The notes under the pieces are model-generated. The model was not told the DNA's origin, ran no database searches, and saw only the letters and a program-made list of their open reading frames with translations. Shown one piece after another: positions 10,943 to 24,603 of a stretch of 64,000 nucleotides of DNA (its first letter is position 1; each line of letters starts with the position of its first letter). A program made the translations under genes and the position numbers. This DNA is from Nitrospirota bacterium (lineage in GTDB: Bacteria > Nitrospirota > UBA9217), in assembly GCA_963737155.1 (NCBI GenBank), contig CAVTRN010000001.1, positions 800,001 to 864,000 of the forward strand, written 5' to 3'.

Positions 10943-11717
10943 TGTAATGCACGATCCACGAAGGAGTATGGGATGGATATTGTTCAGAGAATCGATCTCT
11001 CGATGTTGAAGGGACATAGTGCTGTTTCGGAGTGTGTGGGCGGACAAGCAAAGTTGACTCCTTGCGTTGGTATATGATAACAAAATTGCTTGTGGACGCC
11101 TGAACTGCTCCGGAGTTCTCTGATCGGAATGCTCAGGTGGAGGAAGGTGGTTCTTGTGAACAGCAATTCCCTTCACACGTACATGCAAGGCTTTTTGTCT
11201 TTGCCTTTTCAAACGCTTCCTTTATGTTTGACATCAATGTAAACTGTCAGATCAATAGCGGGAGGCAATATGAACACAAGGTAATACAGCTGCCTATATA
11301 TTGCAAAAATTCTGACAGGTTAAACGGCGGTTGTTACAGCCAGTCATACAAAGTACAATATTAGAGCAATAATTATAACCCATATAAAATAGAAAAAAGT
11401 ATTAACGAAACGTGGGATAAAAAACTCTCTCCTATCCCAGCAGCTTGCATAGAATCATCATGGTGTAGTCTTGCGGATAAAATGGAAATTATCGTGAATG
11501 GTAAACAGATATGTTTTACTTCAGTCTATAATCTCCAGATTGGCCATTTTCATTGAAACAGAAATCCAAGTAGATGGCGCAATGATGTTATTACTTACTG
11601 AAGGCGATGCAGCAGGGGGTAGATATGTTTATTGATATGCATGAGCGAAGACCGGGGCTGCCGCCATCACTCTCCGGACAAGCCCCGCGCCGGTCAGGTC
11701 GGTGAGCAGAGATCATC

Positions 11718-12731
11718 ATGTTCATGCGGGCGTTCGAACGGGTGCGTACGAAAAAATCGAATAAACTTCTGGTGATCATCGGGGTTGCCCTCTTTTTACT
11801 GCCCGCGTCCGGCGGCGTCATCCTCTGTCAGAAGAACCGGATTCGCAGGATGACGAGTACGGCGGAGAACCTCTTTTACGCCATGAAGTCGCTGGAGCTT
11901 GAGATCGCAAAGGTTGAGGATACAGTGCTCCGGCAGGCCAATCCGGAACAGCTGGCCGAACTCCGAGCGAAGCGGGAGAAGCTTCTGAGCATGGAGAAGG
12001 ACTATGATCGGCTGGTAAAGGATCTGGGGATTTACAGGAAAATGAGCGAGGAGGACCGGCTCATCCTCAGGACGGCGCACGCGCTGCGAGAATGTGAACT
12101 GACCGTCCCCACGGGGTTCACGGACGAGGTCAAGAATTATATCCTCAAGTGGAAGTCCACAGACCGTCTTGAAACGGCCATCGATCGGGCAAAGTCGAAG
12201 GGATATGTCCCCATCGTTGAGCATGTGCTGGCGCATTACGGACTGTCTGCCCATTACTTCTTTCTGGCTGTCCGGGAAAGCGGATTCAAGTATCATGCCG
12301 TGGGGCCTTTTACGCGAGATGGATACGCCAAGGGCGTCTGGCAGCTGATTCCTACGACGGCCACTGCCTACGGACTCAAGCTGGGGCCGCTCGCTGCACA
12401 GCCATTGTATGACCCCCGCGATGAACGGTTCAATTTCGAAAGGGAGACGAAGGCCGCGGCCGAGTACATCAAGGACATCAGAGATATCGTGGCGCAGGCA
12501 TCCGGCCTTCTCGTATTGGTGACCTACAATTGGGGGGAGACCAATGCACAGAAAATTATCGATCAAATGCCAGAGAATCCGAGGGAGAGAAATTTTTGGC
12601 GGTTCATTGCGATAGAAAACATTCCTCAACAAGCATACGATTATGTGTTCTATGTCTTTTCCGCTGCCGTCATCTGCGAGAATCCACGGCTCTTTGGCTT
12701 TGATTTTGAATGCCCGGTGACGCTTCAATGA
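11718..12731 (+). CDS. Lytic transglycosylase (SLT/MltD-like), possibly N-terminally truncated
   Basis: RESGF catalytic Glu, AKGVWQLIPTTA, YNWGE motifs; TM anchor plus coiled coil. Confidence 0.75.
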   Translation: MFMRAFERVRTKKSNKLLVIIGVALFLLPASGGVILCQKNRIRRMTSTAENLFYAMKSLELEIAKVEDTVLRQANPEQLAELRAKREKLLSMEKDYDRLVKDLGIYRKMSEEDRLILRTAHALRECELTVPTGFTDEVKNYILKWKSTDRLETAIDRAKSKGYVPIVEHVLAHYGLSAHYFFLAVRESGFKYHAVGPFTRDGYAKGVWQLIPTTATAYGLKLGPLAAQPLYDPRDERFNFERETKAAAEYIKDIRDIVAQASGLLVLVTYNWGETNAQKIIDQMPENPRERNFWRFIAIENIPQQAYDYVFYVFSAAVICENPRLFGFDFECPVTLQ

Positions 12732-13135
12732 GGGGACGTCCGCCGCATGTATCGCGCGAATTGACCGGTTCGCTTTGTGATACATTCCGGTCATAGGAAG
12801 GATAAACCGGCTCTCATACATATGTGGCAAAAGGTCGCCGGCACTTTCGCGGTGAATACTTCCAACGAAGCGTTGGAGTTTCCATTCTTCATAACACATA
12901 AAGTTTCGATAGGTATTCTTCCATACATACCATTAAAATATCCATCTGCCATCGCTGACATCGTTATTAATCGAGCATATAGTCGTCCTAGTAGATAATA
13001 GGCATATTCTTTGCTAAATCCATTAAGGGTGTATTTGGGCAAGTTGAGGAAGGGACCTACTCAATCATTGGTATGTCGGATGCTGACGCGCAAAAATGAC
13101 AAAGATAAAGTGTAAACTGACAAATTGAAATGTAG

Positions 13136-15286
<2,151 letters not shown>

Positions 15287-15668
15287 CATTTCAATATTTC
15301 CGGTATTTGTCAATATTCCCTCAGCCAAATTTCTAAATTTCCAAGATATTCTAACAATGTATCATTCCTCGCTTATGTTATACTAAATATGACGAATTTT
15401 TTAAGATCGCCTTTTTTATATTTCAATGGCCTCCACGAGGCGGAAACCACAATTTTACGGAGGATGATGGGTATTCCGGTCCAAGCCGACCCATCATTCC
15501 GCTGATATCCGACCCCTGATTCCGATTTAATCCGACCCATTATTCCGCTGGTATTCGACCCATCATTCCGGTCTAATCCGGCCACCCGCTAAAAGCTAAT
15601 CGACGCTGGGTAAATTCTAAAAGGTCGTGTATCCTGAACCCTTAAAATTCGCTTTTAAGGAGAACTGG

Positions 15669-17210
15669 ATGACGAGAGAAAGAATGCCCATGCGAACAAT
15701 CAAAGAAGTGTTACGCCTCAAATGGTCTTGCGGCTTAGGCAACCGCGCCATAGCCAAAAGCTGCGGCATCGCAAAGAGCACTGTTACTGAGTATCTAAAA
15801 CGAGCAACCAAAGCCAACCTGTCCTGGCCTTTGCCTGATAAACTCGACGATTCTGCCATTGAGCATCTGCTCTTCCCGCCTGTCATCGTTTCAGATTCCC
15901 CACGACCACTTCCTGTATGGGCTGACATCCACCGAGAGCTTGCACGGAAGAGCGTTACCTTAATGCTTCTCTGGGACGAGTACAAAGCGCAATATCCCGA
16001 GGGCTATCAGTACAGCCATTTCGCGGACCTCTATCGAGCCTATGCAAAGAAACTTGATATCTCCATGCGACAAATTCATCATGCAGGAGAGAAGCTATTT
16101 GTTGATTACTGCGGCCAAACGGTTCCGGTCATCGATCAATCCACCGGCGAGGTGCATGCGTGCCAGATTTTTGTCGCCGTTCTAGGCGCCAGCAACTTCA
16201 CGTATGCTGAGGCAACGTATACGCAGAGCTTGCCAGATTGGATCGGCTCCCATGTCCGAGCTCTCGGGTTCATCGGTGGTGTTCCGGAACTTCTAATCCC
16301 CGACAATTTGTTGAGTGGCGTTACCAAGGTTTGTCGCTATGAGCCAGGCATCAATCGCACCTATCAGGAGTTGGCCGTTCATTATGGGGCCGCGGTTATT
16401 CCCGCCCGTGTCAGAAAGCCAAAAGATAAAGCCAAGGCAGAGGCCGGAGTTCAACTCGTGCAGCGATGGATTCTGGCGGCTCTCAGGAACCGCACTTTTT
16501 TCAGCCTCACGGAGCTCAATGAGGCAATCTGTGGACTGCTGGATAAACTCAATAACAAACTGTTCAAGAAGCTCTCCGGCAGCCGTATGAGCCGGTTTCT
16601 CGAGCTTGATAAACCGGCGTTACGGCCGCTCCCTGCTATAGCGTTCGAGTACGCGGAATGGCAAATCAAAAAACGGTCAGGTATCAATTACCACATCGAA
16701 GTTGATAACCACTATTACAGTGTCCCGTATCAACTCCGCAGAGAATATCTGGACGTTCGGCTCACAGGATCCATTGTGGAGGTTTTCTTTAACAACAAAC
16801 GGGTCGCCTCGCATCTCCGATCCTATATAAAGTGGGGCTATACGACGCTCGCCGAACACATGCCGAAGTCCCATCAGGCCCATGCGGGTTTTACCCCAGA
16901 GCGTCTGATACGATGGGCGTCGGAAACCGGCAAATCAACAGCCGAACTGGTTACTGCCATCCTCGAAACGAAGCTTCACCCGCAACAGGGGTATAACTCC
17001 TGCTTTGGACTCGTCACTCTAGACAAGAAGTTTGGCAAAGAACGTGTCGAGGCCGCATGCAAGCGGGCGCTCGCCATCGGGGGCATCAGCTACAAAAGCG
17101 TCAGGTCCATTCTCGAAACCGGTCTGGACAAAAAGCCCTTGCCGGAGCCGAGAACTGCCGCACCGAAGATCACGCACAGCAACATCCGGGGCAGCGAATA
17201 CTATATCTAA
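15669..17210 (+). CDS. istA: IS21 transposase IstA
   Basis: HTH; GEKLFVDYCG, PDNL, KPKDKAKAE, NHYYSVPY motifs. Confidence 0.93.
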   Translation: MTRERMPMRTIKEVLRLKWSCGLGNRAIAKSCGIAKSTVTEYLKRATKANLSWPLPDKLDDSAIEHLLFPPVIVSDSPRPLPVWADIHRELARKSVTLMLLWDEYKAQYPEGYQYSHFADLYRAYAKKLDISMRQIHHAGEKLFVDYCGQTVPVIDQSTGEVHACQIFVAVLGASNFTYAEATYTQSLPDWIGSHVRALGFIGGVPELLIPDNLLSGVTKVCRYEPGINRTYQELAVHYGAAVIPARVRKPKDKAKAEAGVQLVQRWILAALRNRTFFSLTELNEAICGLLDKLNNKLFKKLSGSRMSRFLELDKPALRPLPAIAFEYAEWQIKKRSGINYHIEVDNHYYSVPYQLRREYLDVRLTGSIVEVFFNNKRVASHLRSYIKWGYTTLAEHMPKSHQAHAGFTPERLIRWASETGKSTAELVTAILETKLHPQQGYNSCFGLVTLDKKFGKERVEAACKRALAIGGISYKSVRSILETGLDKKPLPEPRTAAPKITHSNIRGSEYYI

Positions 17211-17224
17211 AAAAGGAGACCAAT

Positions 17225-17968
17225 ATGTTAATACACCCTACACTCGACAAGATCGAACAGCTCCGATTGTTCGGTATGGCAAAAGCCCTGCGTGAACAGC
17301 TGCAGAATCAAGAAGCATCTGCTTTAAACTTCGAGGAACGCTTGGGGCTCCTCATTGACCGCGAAATGACGGAGCGGGAAAATAAGCGGCTTGCGACCCG
17401 CTTAAGAACAGCAAAACTGAGGATGTCGGCGTCCGTAGAAGACATCGACTTTCGTCAGCCCCGGGGGCTGGACAAATCGCTTATCCTGTCGCTTGCCTCG
17501 AATCAATGGATCACTGAACGTCACAACTTGCTCGTCATCGGCCCGACGGGTGCGGGCAAGAGCTATCTCGCCTGCGCCCTGTCCCACAAAGCCTGTCGCG
17601 ACGGGCATGTCGTCGTGTATCAAAGACTACCCCGGCTTCTGGAAGATCTGGCCCTTTCTCATCACGACGGACGATATCGAAAACTGATGAAATCCCTTCT
17701 CAAGGCAGATCTGCTTGTCCTCGACGACTTCGGGCTTGGTCCGCTTACATCGGAACAGCAAAGAGATCTTCTGGAAGTCATCGAAGACCGCTACGATCGC
17801 CGTTCAACACTCATAACCACTCAGCTAGCAGTGAAGCACTGGCATGATATCCTGGCTGATCCGACCTTGGCTGACGCAATCATGGATCGTTTGGTGCACA
17901 ATGCGTACAAAATCGAATTGAAGGGAGAGGACTCAATGAGAAAGATCAAATCAAAGATCAGGCGTTGA
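17225..17968 (+). CDS. istB: IS21 helper ATPase IstB
   Basis: GPTGAGKS Walker A, LLVLDDFG Walker B, DAIMDRLVH; RBS AAGGAG before ATG 17225. Confidence 0.93.
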   Translation: MLIHPTLDKIEQLRLFGMAKALREQLQNQEASALNFEERLGLLIDREMTERENKRLATRLRTAKLRMSASVEDIDFRQPRGLDKSLILSLASNQWITERHNLLVIGPTGAGKSYLACALSHKACRDGHVVVYQRLPRLLEDLALSHHDGRYRKLMKSLLKADLLVLDDFGLGPLTSEQQRDLLEVIEDRYDRRSTLITTQLAVKHWHDILADPTLADAIMDRLVHNAYKIELKGEDSMRKIKSKIRR

Positions 17969-18109
17969 CAAGACAAAATCCCTGTGAGATAGTAGTCGCA
18001 ACCTAGCGCTCGATCAGCCCTCAGCGGGAGGGGTCGGATTAAATCGGAACGCCGGGTCGGATAACTTCCGAATCAGGGGTCGAATTCAGTGGAATACCCA
18101 GGATGAGAC

Positions 18110-18757
18110 ATGAACGAAAAGAAAATCAGGAAAGTCACCATGATTCTCGTTGTACTCGCTTTGATCAGTCTTATGGCTTGTGCAGTCCGGAAAGGGCCGA
18201 TCCTCGTAGGAGCCAGCTATGAAGTTCACCAGGGGCTGGCACCATCCGCACAGAAGGTCGTGGTGGGATTGACCACCTTTCAGGATGCGCGGGGAGGGAA
18301 ACCATCGGTTGTAGGCGTTCGGGAAACCAAGTCGGGGCAGTTCGAAAACGACCTTGTCATTCAAGACAACGTAGCGGATCTGGTGACGGCAGCGTTTAGA
18401 AAAGCGCTCAAGGCGAGGAAAATCACGGTGAAGGACTTTCCCATCTGGGACCTGAACACCGAGAACATGAAGACGGATGACGTTGACATCGTCCTGGGGG
18501 GAACGGTTACGTCTCTGTGGACGAAAGTCGTCACAGAGCCGCTTAATGTCACTACACATGTGGACATTTCTGTCCATGCCGTCTTGGCTGATGCCAGAGA
18601 CAAAACAGTGATTCGCACGCTGGACATGAACGGAACTTACGACCGCCGGGACCTCACATTTGATCCGGACAGGGTTGGCCAGGCAATCTCCTCGGCGCTC
18701 TCATCAATGATCGACCAGCTTATGAATGATCCAGAGTTTAAGAAAAAAGTACAATAA
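18110..18757 (+). CDS. Putative lipoprotein (YajG-like)
   Basis: Signal peptide with LMAC lipobox; FQDAR motif. Confidence 0.6.
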   Translation: MNEKKIRKVTMILVVLALISLMACAVRKGPILVGASYEVHQGLAPSAQKVVVGLTTFQDARGGKPSVVGVRETKSGQFENDLVIQDNVADLVTAAFRKALKARKITVKDFPIWDLNTENMKTDDVDIVLGGTVTSLWTKVVTEPLNVTTHVDISVHAVLADARDKTVIRTLDMNGTYDRRDLTFDPDRVGQAISSALSSMIDQLMNDPEFKKKVQ

Positions 18758-18852
18758 ATTCAGATAACAGCTCTTCTGAAGAGATTCGATTGTCAGCACT
18801 TATGCTATTTTGCTGAGGACCGGAGGAAAGTTTCGACTGATGCGCGAAAGTT

Positions 18853-19674
18853 ATGGACAGAAAAGACTATTACAAGATACTGGGCGTAAGTGAGACTGCA
18901 ACTTCCGATGATTTAAAAAAAACCTATCGCAATCTTGCATTCCGCTATCATCCAGATAAAAATCCGAGCGGTCAGGAACTGATGAAGGAGATCAATGAAG
19001 CATATGCAGTTCTTTCGAGTCCGGAGAAGAGGCAGGAATATGATCGTCTGCGGCAGAATTTCGGTACCTTTGCTAGGGATCGCTTCAGACAGACCCATAC
19101 CGACGAGGATATCTTTCGGAATTCAGACATCAACCAGATCTTTGAAGAACTCAGCAGGATTTTCGGATTCAGTAGGCCGGAAGACATCTTCAGTCGCGAT
19201 AGCTTTTACGGTCACAATTACAGAGAGTTCAAATTCAAGGGCCCCGGTGTTTCCGGCAGCGGTTTTTTCTTTTTCGGGCCGATGGGAAGTGTCTATAGTT
19301 CAGATAAAGTTCACGCAGAAAAGTATTCGTTGGCCTCTAAACTCATGATCAAGGGACTCAGAATGTTCCAGAAGATGGCGGCAAAGAAGCTGGGCATAAT
19401 CCTGCCGGAAAAAGGGAGAGACCTCAGCGAATCGATTGTAGTGACGCCAAAGGAAGCCGCCTCCGGAGGAAAGGTCAGATACATCCTCAATCAGCCTAGG
19501 AAACCCAGGGAAATCCTGATCACCGTTCCGCCAGGAATCAGAGAGGGGCAGAGGATCAAGCTCAAGGGTTTGGGCGAACAGGGAAAGAACAGGGGCGAAG
19601 CTGGGGATCTTTTTCTCAAGGTCAGGATTCGTCGGCCCCTTATTGAAAGGGTGAAAGAAATCTTGAGGCGTTGA
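18853..19674 (+). CDS. DnaJ-domain protein (CbpA-like, no zinc finger)
   Basis: KDYYKILGV, HPD motif, C-terminal VPPGIREGQRIKLKG..GDLFL. Confidence 0.88.
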   Translation: MDRKDYYKILGVSETATSDDLKKTYRNLAFRYHPDKNPSGQELMKEINEAYAVLSSPEKRQEYDRLRQNFGTFARDRFRQTHTDEDIFRNSDINQIFEELSRIFGFSRPEDIFSRDSFYGHNYREFKFKGPGVSGSGFFFFGPMGSVYSSDKVHAEKYSLASKLMIKGLRMFQKMAAKKLGIILPEKGRDLSESIVVTPKEAASGGKVRYILNQPRKPREILITVPPGIREGQRIKLKGLGEQGKNRGEAGDLFLKVRIRRPLIERVKEILRR

Positions 19675-20412
19675 AAGATACATCAGAAAATTCGAGATGT
19701 GCTACCTCTATCAGATGATGCTGCGATCGTCGAACGGCTACGGGAAATATCGGCATAATCCGCACCGACTCGAAAAAGAGGATAATAATAAATTTGTTCT
19801 TGCTGCTTCAGGCAGTATCCCCTTGGTCGGTGACTTTTTAAGTGATACTGCTGCAAGCTCTTAGGCCGAGGAGGGATCGATAAAGCAGTATTTCACAGCC
19901 ATTTCAGCTGACCCTGGCTGCATATTAGGGGGTCGATCAGTCACAAATCTTCAATGTGTAAATTGAAGGCTGTGGATTGAAATATACAGTGCGCTGACCT
20001 TCCTGTTAAGTGCACCCGAGAATAATATGCTACCATTGCATGTTTCAACCAGTGTTCTGTATAGATGATTCGTCAACACGTTTGCATTCTCGTAGGTGAA
20101 GGCGAGTTTCACCTGTAAATCCTCCTCTTCTTAAGACACAACTTGGACATAGCCTCTCCGTTTTTAGCAGTGAGGTCTTTGATGTGTCTTCACTTTGTAG
20201 TTCTATTCCCGATGCAACAATCCCGCAATTTGCTCAAGATTATAAATGAGTGGCCGGTTTGAGATAAAAAATTTCACCTGCGTGCTCGTGGCAACATTCC
20301 TTTGTGCTTAGAACCGGCCTGGTCAGTTTCATATTCGGGGTCGTAACCACCAGTAACTCTCGACCTATATCTCACATAAATCTTACTTCAATCACGAGAT
20401 CTTATAAAACTC

Positions 20413-21630
20413 CTACGCAACTTGTTTTACAGTCACTTGGTACCCCAATGCGGTAAGCCGTTTGATATAGCTTCGCGTTATCTTATCCTTCTTCCGTTTA
20501 TCAAGATAATCAGCGCCAAGCTCTCGATACGGAGTTTTGTGCTTCAGCATCTCGTAACTCATGATGAGGATCTTATGACCCACGGCTACCAAGGCTCGTT
20601 TCTTTCCGCGGCGTCCCACAAAACTATGGTACTTGGCTTTCAAGTAGCAATCTTTCTTTCGAGAGGCTGCCCAGCCGCATTCCGTAAGCGTTGTTCTTAA
20701 AGCTTTGTTTCCATGGGTGGTCTTGGATGTTTTTTTTTACCCGCGCTCTCGTGGTTACCAGGGCTCATCCCAGCCCAAGACGTTAAATGCTCAGCGGTAG
20801 GAAACTGGCTCATATCCACACCGATTTCGGCAATAATGGACGCTGCGCCATATTCCTTGACCCCGGGTATCGTCTGGAGCAACTCATACTCTTCTGCGTA
20901 AGGTTTGAGCTTGGCGTCTACCTGTCGATCTACATCAACGATAAGCTTCTCGATCGACTTGATATGCTCAAGGGATGTTCGAATCATGAAAATATGGTGT
21001 CCGGTTACCCGTCCGACCAGCGCCTCGCGAATCGCGTCTTTCTTCTTCTTAAGTTTTCCCTTGGCAAGGTTGGTCATTTCCTCAATCGTCAGTTCATCCG
21101 TCAAAAGTGCATCGATGATCGCCGTGGCGCTTACACCAAAGGTGTCTGATACGACCGAGGAAAGTTTGATGTTGGCATCTTCCAGGGTCTTCTGCACCCG
21201 ATTCCTTTCGGCGGTAATAGACTGAATTAATTTTTTCCGATATCTCGTCAGGTCCCGTAGTTCCCGAATATCCTGCGGTGGAATGAAGCTGCCTTTCACC
21301 AAACCAGCTCGTAGAAGTTTGCACAACCATTCACTGTCGCTCACATCAGTCTTTCTGCCGGGCACATGCTTAATGTGACGGGCATTGACCAAAACTACTT
21401 CAAAATCCTCTTCCAGAATATTAAAAAACCGGTTTCCAGTAAATCCCGGTGCTCTCCATCGCCACGTGGGTGATGCCGTTCTCCTTGAGCCAGTCCCGCA
21501 GTCGATACAATTCGTTGGTTACCGTGCCGAAGGTTCGCGTCTCTTTTTTGATACCCACTCCATCAATAGTTGCGACTACCGTTTCCTGGTGTACATCCAA
21601 ACCCGCTCCACGTTCTACTACAATGTCCAT
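20413..21630 (-). mobile_element. IS110-family transposase in three frames (frameshifted)
   Basis: GLDVHQ, MESTGIYWKPV, GRKTDVSD, TIPGV, SPGNHESAGK, KKRALVAVGH; breaks at a T-run near 21423 and an A9 run at 20730-20738. Confidence 0.85.
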
Positions 21631-21987
21631 CGGTCAATCCTCCTTGGGTCTTTTTGACAAGTGTAGCAGCACTCTTGATCAAAAACAACTGCCCTGGAAT
21701 ATTGATGGCGGAACACGCTATCTATGCCTAATTTACATCTTCCCTTGTGAACGTCAGTTCATGAACGATTCATATAATATTAGCACAGGTACATAATACA
21801 TTTTGTATTATCGCATTTTGTGGTAAGGTTTTCTCTCATCGTTAACTTCCTGAAACACGCAACCGTTGCGTAATTTAGAAATTACATCTTTCATGTTGAA
21901 ATTGTCAATATCGGTTTGCATATGCACTCGAACTCGTCCCACGTAACCTTTCCCCGCAGAATGTAGTCCCCTTGGCGCACAGATCCC

Positions 21988-22139
21988 TTTTATAAAACAG
22001 TCCTGAAATACCCAGCAGCTTGCTGCTGGGATGAAAAGGACATCCTGGCGAAGCCAGGATAAGTCTTCAGCTTCTTTGTTGTGCTTTTTTAAGGTTTCAA
22101 GTTCCGATGCCCCGCAGCTTGCTGCGGGGTAATTCACTG
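21988..22139. mobile_element. IS200/IS605-derived MITE, copy 1
   Basis: Two hairpins (CCCAGCAGCTTGCTGCTGGG; CCCCGCAGCTTGCTGCGGGG); near-identical to 26734-26885. Confidence 0.75.
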
Positions 22140-22759
22140 CGGCTTATCTAATGTTTGAACGTGACGTTCGTATTGAAAATTGTGCTGAATTGTGATGTGC
22201 ATACTTTAGTATAATTGACATTAATTCAGGTTGCGATGGATAGCGTACAGCCACGCGACTGCGTGACATTCGAAGCAGACACCCTCGGCGACGTATCGGG
22301 ACTTTGGGTACATCCGGCGGACTGGTCAAGCGAGGCGATCGTCCACCTGCACGGTGGTTGGTTTAACTTTGGCTCCGCCAAAGCATACCGCTATCTTGTC
22401 GGGCATATATTGCTGCGAAAGCGGGCGCGAGGGCGTTTATCCCGGACTATCGGCTTGCTCCTGAACACCTATTTCCGGCGGCCACGGACGATGTGTTGGC
22501 ATGTTACCAAGGACTTGCCGAGAGGGACGTTCACCGGATTGCTCTTACGGGAGACTTTCGGTGGAGGCAATCTAGTACTCGTTCTTGCGTGGCGCGTTAC
22601 AGGCGAAGCCGCCTCCATCAACGCGACTCTTGTCGGAGTTGCCTTGTTGTCGCCGGTTACCGAACTAACTCTCTCGGGCGCGACCTACGAGACGCGCGCC
22701 GAAGCCGATCCCCTTTTTAATCGCCCGCAGGTCGCGGAACTCGTGCATTCCTACTTAGT

Positions 22760-24603
22760 CCCATCTTCTACAGTTGTAGCCGAGAAAAGGGCTATTTGCG
22801 TGAGTGAAGTTGTTTGATTTCGCAGAGTTACAAAAAGTTTTTTGGAAAAAGATCAAAATGTAGTGCCACGTTTATATATTAATTGCTTGCAATTAATAAT
22901 TATTATGATATATTTATGGTGCTATGTTCTTCCGGGTAAAACGCTCCGAATCGCGAGCATATCTCCAAATCGTTAATAACCGCCGCGACAAGGGCAAGGT
23001 AAAGCAGGAAGTCGTCGCCACGCTTGGACGACTCGATGCGCTCAAGGAAACAGGGGCATTGGACAGCCTGCTACGGTCAGGGCTCAAGTTCTCTGAACAG
23101 ATCGCTGTCATCGACGCGCATAAGCAGGGCGAAGCAATTGAGACGGATTCCAGGCGTATCGGCCTTCCGATGATATTCGGCCGGTTATGGAAAGAGCTGG
23201 GAATACAGGCGGTGCTTGCGACATTGGCCAAGGAGCGCAAGCATCAATTTTCCATCGAGCGGGCGATTTATCTTACGGTGCTGCACCGCTTGAGCGTATC
23301 GGGTTCAGATCGTGCCGCTGAACAATGGTGCCTTGGCTACAGGATAGAAGGGGCCGACGGAATCGATTTACATCATTTATACCGGGCTATGGCATGGCTC
23401 GGCGAACCCCTTGCCGATGCTGATCAGCACGGGGCCACCGGATTTTCTCCCCGCTGCACCAAGGATGTGATTGAGGAAGAGCTGTTCCGACGCAGACGGG
23501 ATTTATTCACCGATCTACGGCTGGTCTTTTTCGACACCACGAGCATTTACTTTGAAGGAGAGGGCGGCGAGGATATCGGTGCATATGGCCATTCCAAGGA
23601 CCACCGGCCCGATCTCAAACAGATGGTGGTCGGTGCAATCATCGATCATCACGGCAAGCCCCTTTGCTGTGAGTTATGGCCCGGCAACACAACCGACGTC
23701 AAGACGCTCGTGCCGATTATAGACCGGCTGAGGCTCCGCTTCGGCATCAATCAGGCGTGTGTAGTGGCCGACCGAGGGATGATCAGCGAAAAGACTCTGG
23801 CCGATTTGCAGGAGCGGAAGATCGATTACATTCTGGGCGCGCGGATGCGGCGGCAAATGGTAGGCGAGCGCCGCTACATCGTGTGTGTCAATGAGGACCA
23901 GCGGAAAAAAGACGCCGCTGATAGAGAAGCCATCATCGCATCCCTTCGAGAGAAGCTGAAGCAGGGAGGCAAGAGCCTGGTTGGCAACAAAGGGTATCGT
24001 AAATATGTGAAGAGCGCAGGCAGTGCTTTTGCCATTGATGAAGAGAAAGTTCAACAGGAATCACGATATGACGGTAAGTGGGTCCTCTCGACCTCGATGC
24101 CCATGCCTGCGCGCGAGGTTGCTCTCGCGTACAAGGAGCTGTGGATGGTGGAGCAGATCTTCAGGAGCACTAAAACGGTGCTGACGACGCGGCCGATTTA
24201 TCATAAATGCGATGAGACGATTCGCGGTCACGTTTTCTGCAGCTTTCTTGCGCTTGTTCTTATGAAGGAATTACAGGAGCGATTGGATAGCCGCAATGAG
24301 GAGAAGCTTGAGTGGGGCCAGATGCTCCGAGATCTTGAGGAATTGAAGCAGATCACAATTACAAGCGACAACAAGGAAATGATTTTACGGACCGAATTAA
24401 AAGGCGATACGGGAAAGGTGTTTCAGGCTGCGGGAGTGGCGATTCCGCCAAAGGTCTTGATACCGCAGAAGGGAAAGGATGCATGACGCTCATCAGCATG
24501 ATCGAATTGGAACGAGAGGGGAAAGTGTAGTGCCACGCCACCTTTCGACAGCCGTATCATATTGTTTAAGCGAAGTTATTTTTTGGCAGGTGTAGAAGAT
24601 GGG
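22760..24603 (+). mobile_element. IS1634-family insertion sequence (second type)
   Basis: IRs CCCATCTTCTACA / TGTAGAAGATGGG; 5-bp TSD TTAGT at 22755-22759 and 24604-24608. Confidence 0.9.
22924..24486 (+). CDS. IS1634-family DDE transposase
   Basis: FFDTTSIYFEG, GHSKDHRPD, VADRGM, VEQIFR, IRGHVFCSFL. Confidence 0.9.
   Translation: MFFRVKRSESRAYLQIVNNRRDKGKVKQEVVATLGRLDALKETGALDSLLRSGLKFSEQIAVIDAHKQGEAIETDSRRIGLPMIFGRLWKELGIQAVLATLAKERKHQFSIERAIYLTVLHRLSVSGSDRAAEQWCLGYRIEGADGIDLHHLYRAMAWLGEPLADADQHGATGFSPRCTKDVIEEELFRRRRDLFTDLRLVFFDTTSIYFEGEGGEDIGAYGHSKDHRPDLKQMVVGAIIDHHGKPLCCELWPGNTTDVKTLVPIIDRLRLRFGINQACVVADRGMISEKTLADLQERKIDYILGARMRRQMVGERRYIVCVNEDQRKKDAADREAIIASLREKLKQGGKSLVGNKGYRKYVKSAGSAFAIDEEKVQQESRYDGKWVLSTSMPMPAREVALAYKELWMVEQIFRSTKTVLTTRPIYHKCDETIRGHVFCSFLALVLMKELQERLDSRNEEKLEWGQMLRDLEELKQITITSDNKEMILRTELKGDTGKVFQAAGVAIPPKVLIPQKGKDA

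Larger units (their letters stand above)
15468..18100 (+). mobile_element. IS21-family insertion sequence
   Basis: TG...CA ends (TGGGTATTCC / GGAATACCCA); multiple ~23-bp terminal repeats; 6-bp TSD GGATGA (15462-15467, 18101-18106); istA-istB. Confidence 0.93.

Noticed and set aside
15472-15590. Five ~23-bp tandem repeats resembling a CRISPR array or iterons
   Set aside because: No unique spacers; inverted copies at 18030-18100; these are IS21 terminal transposase-binding repeats
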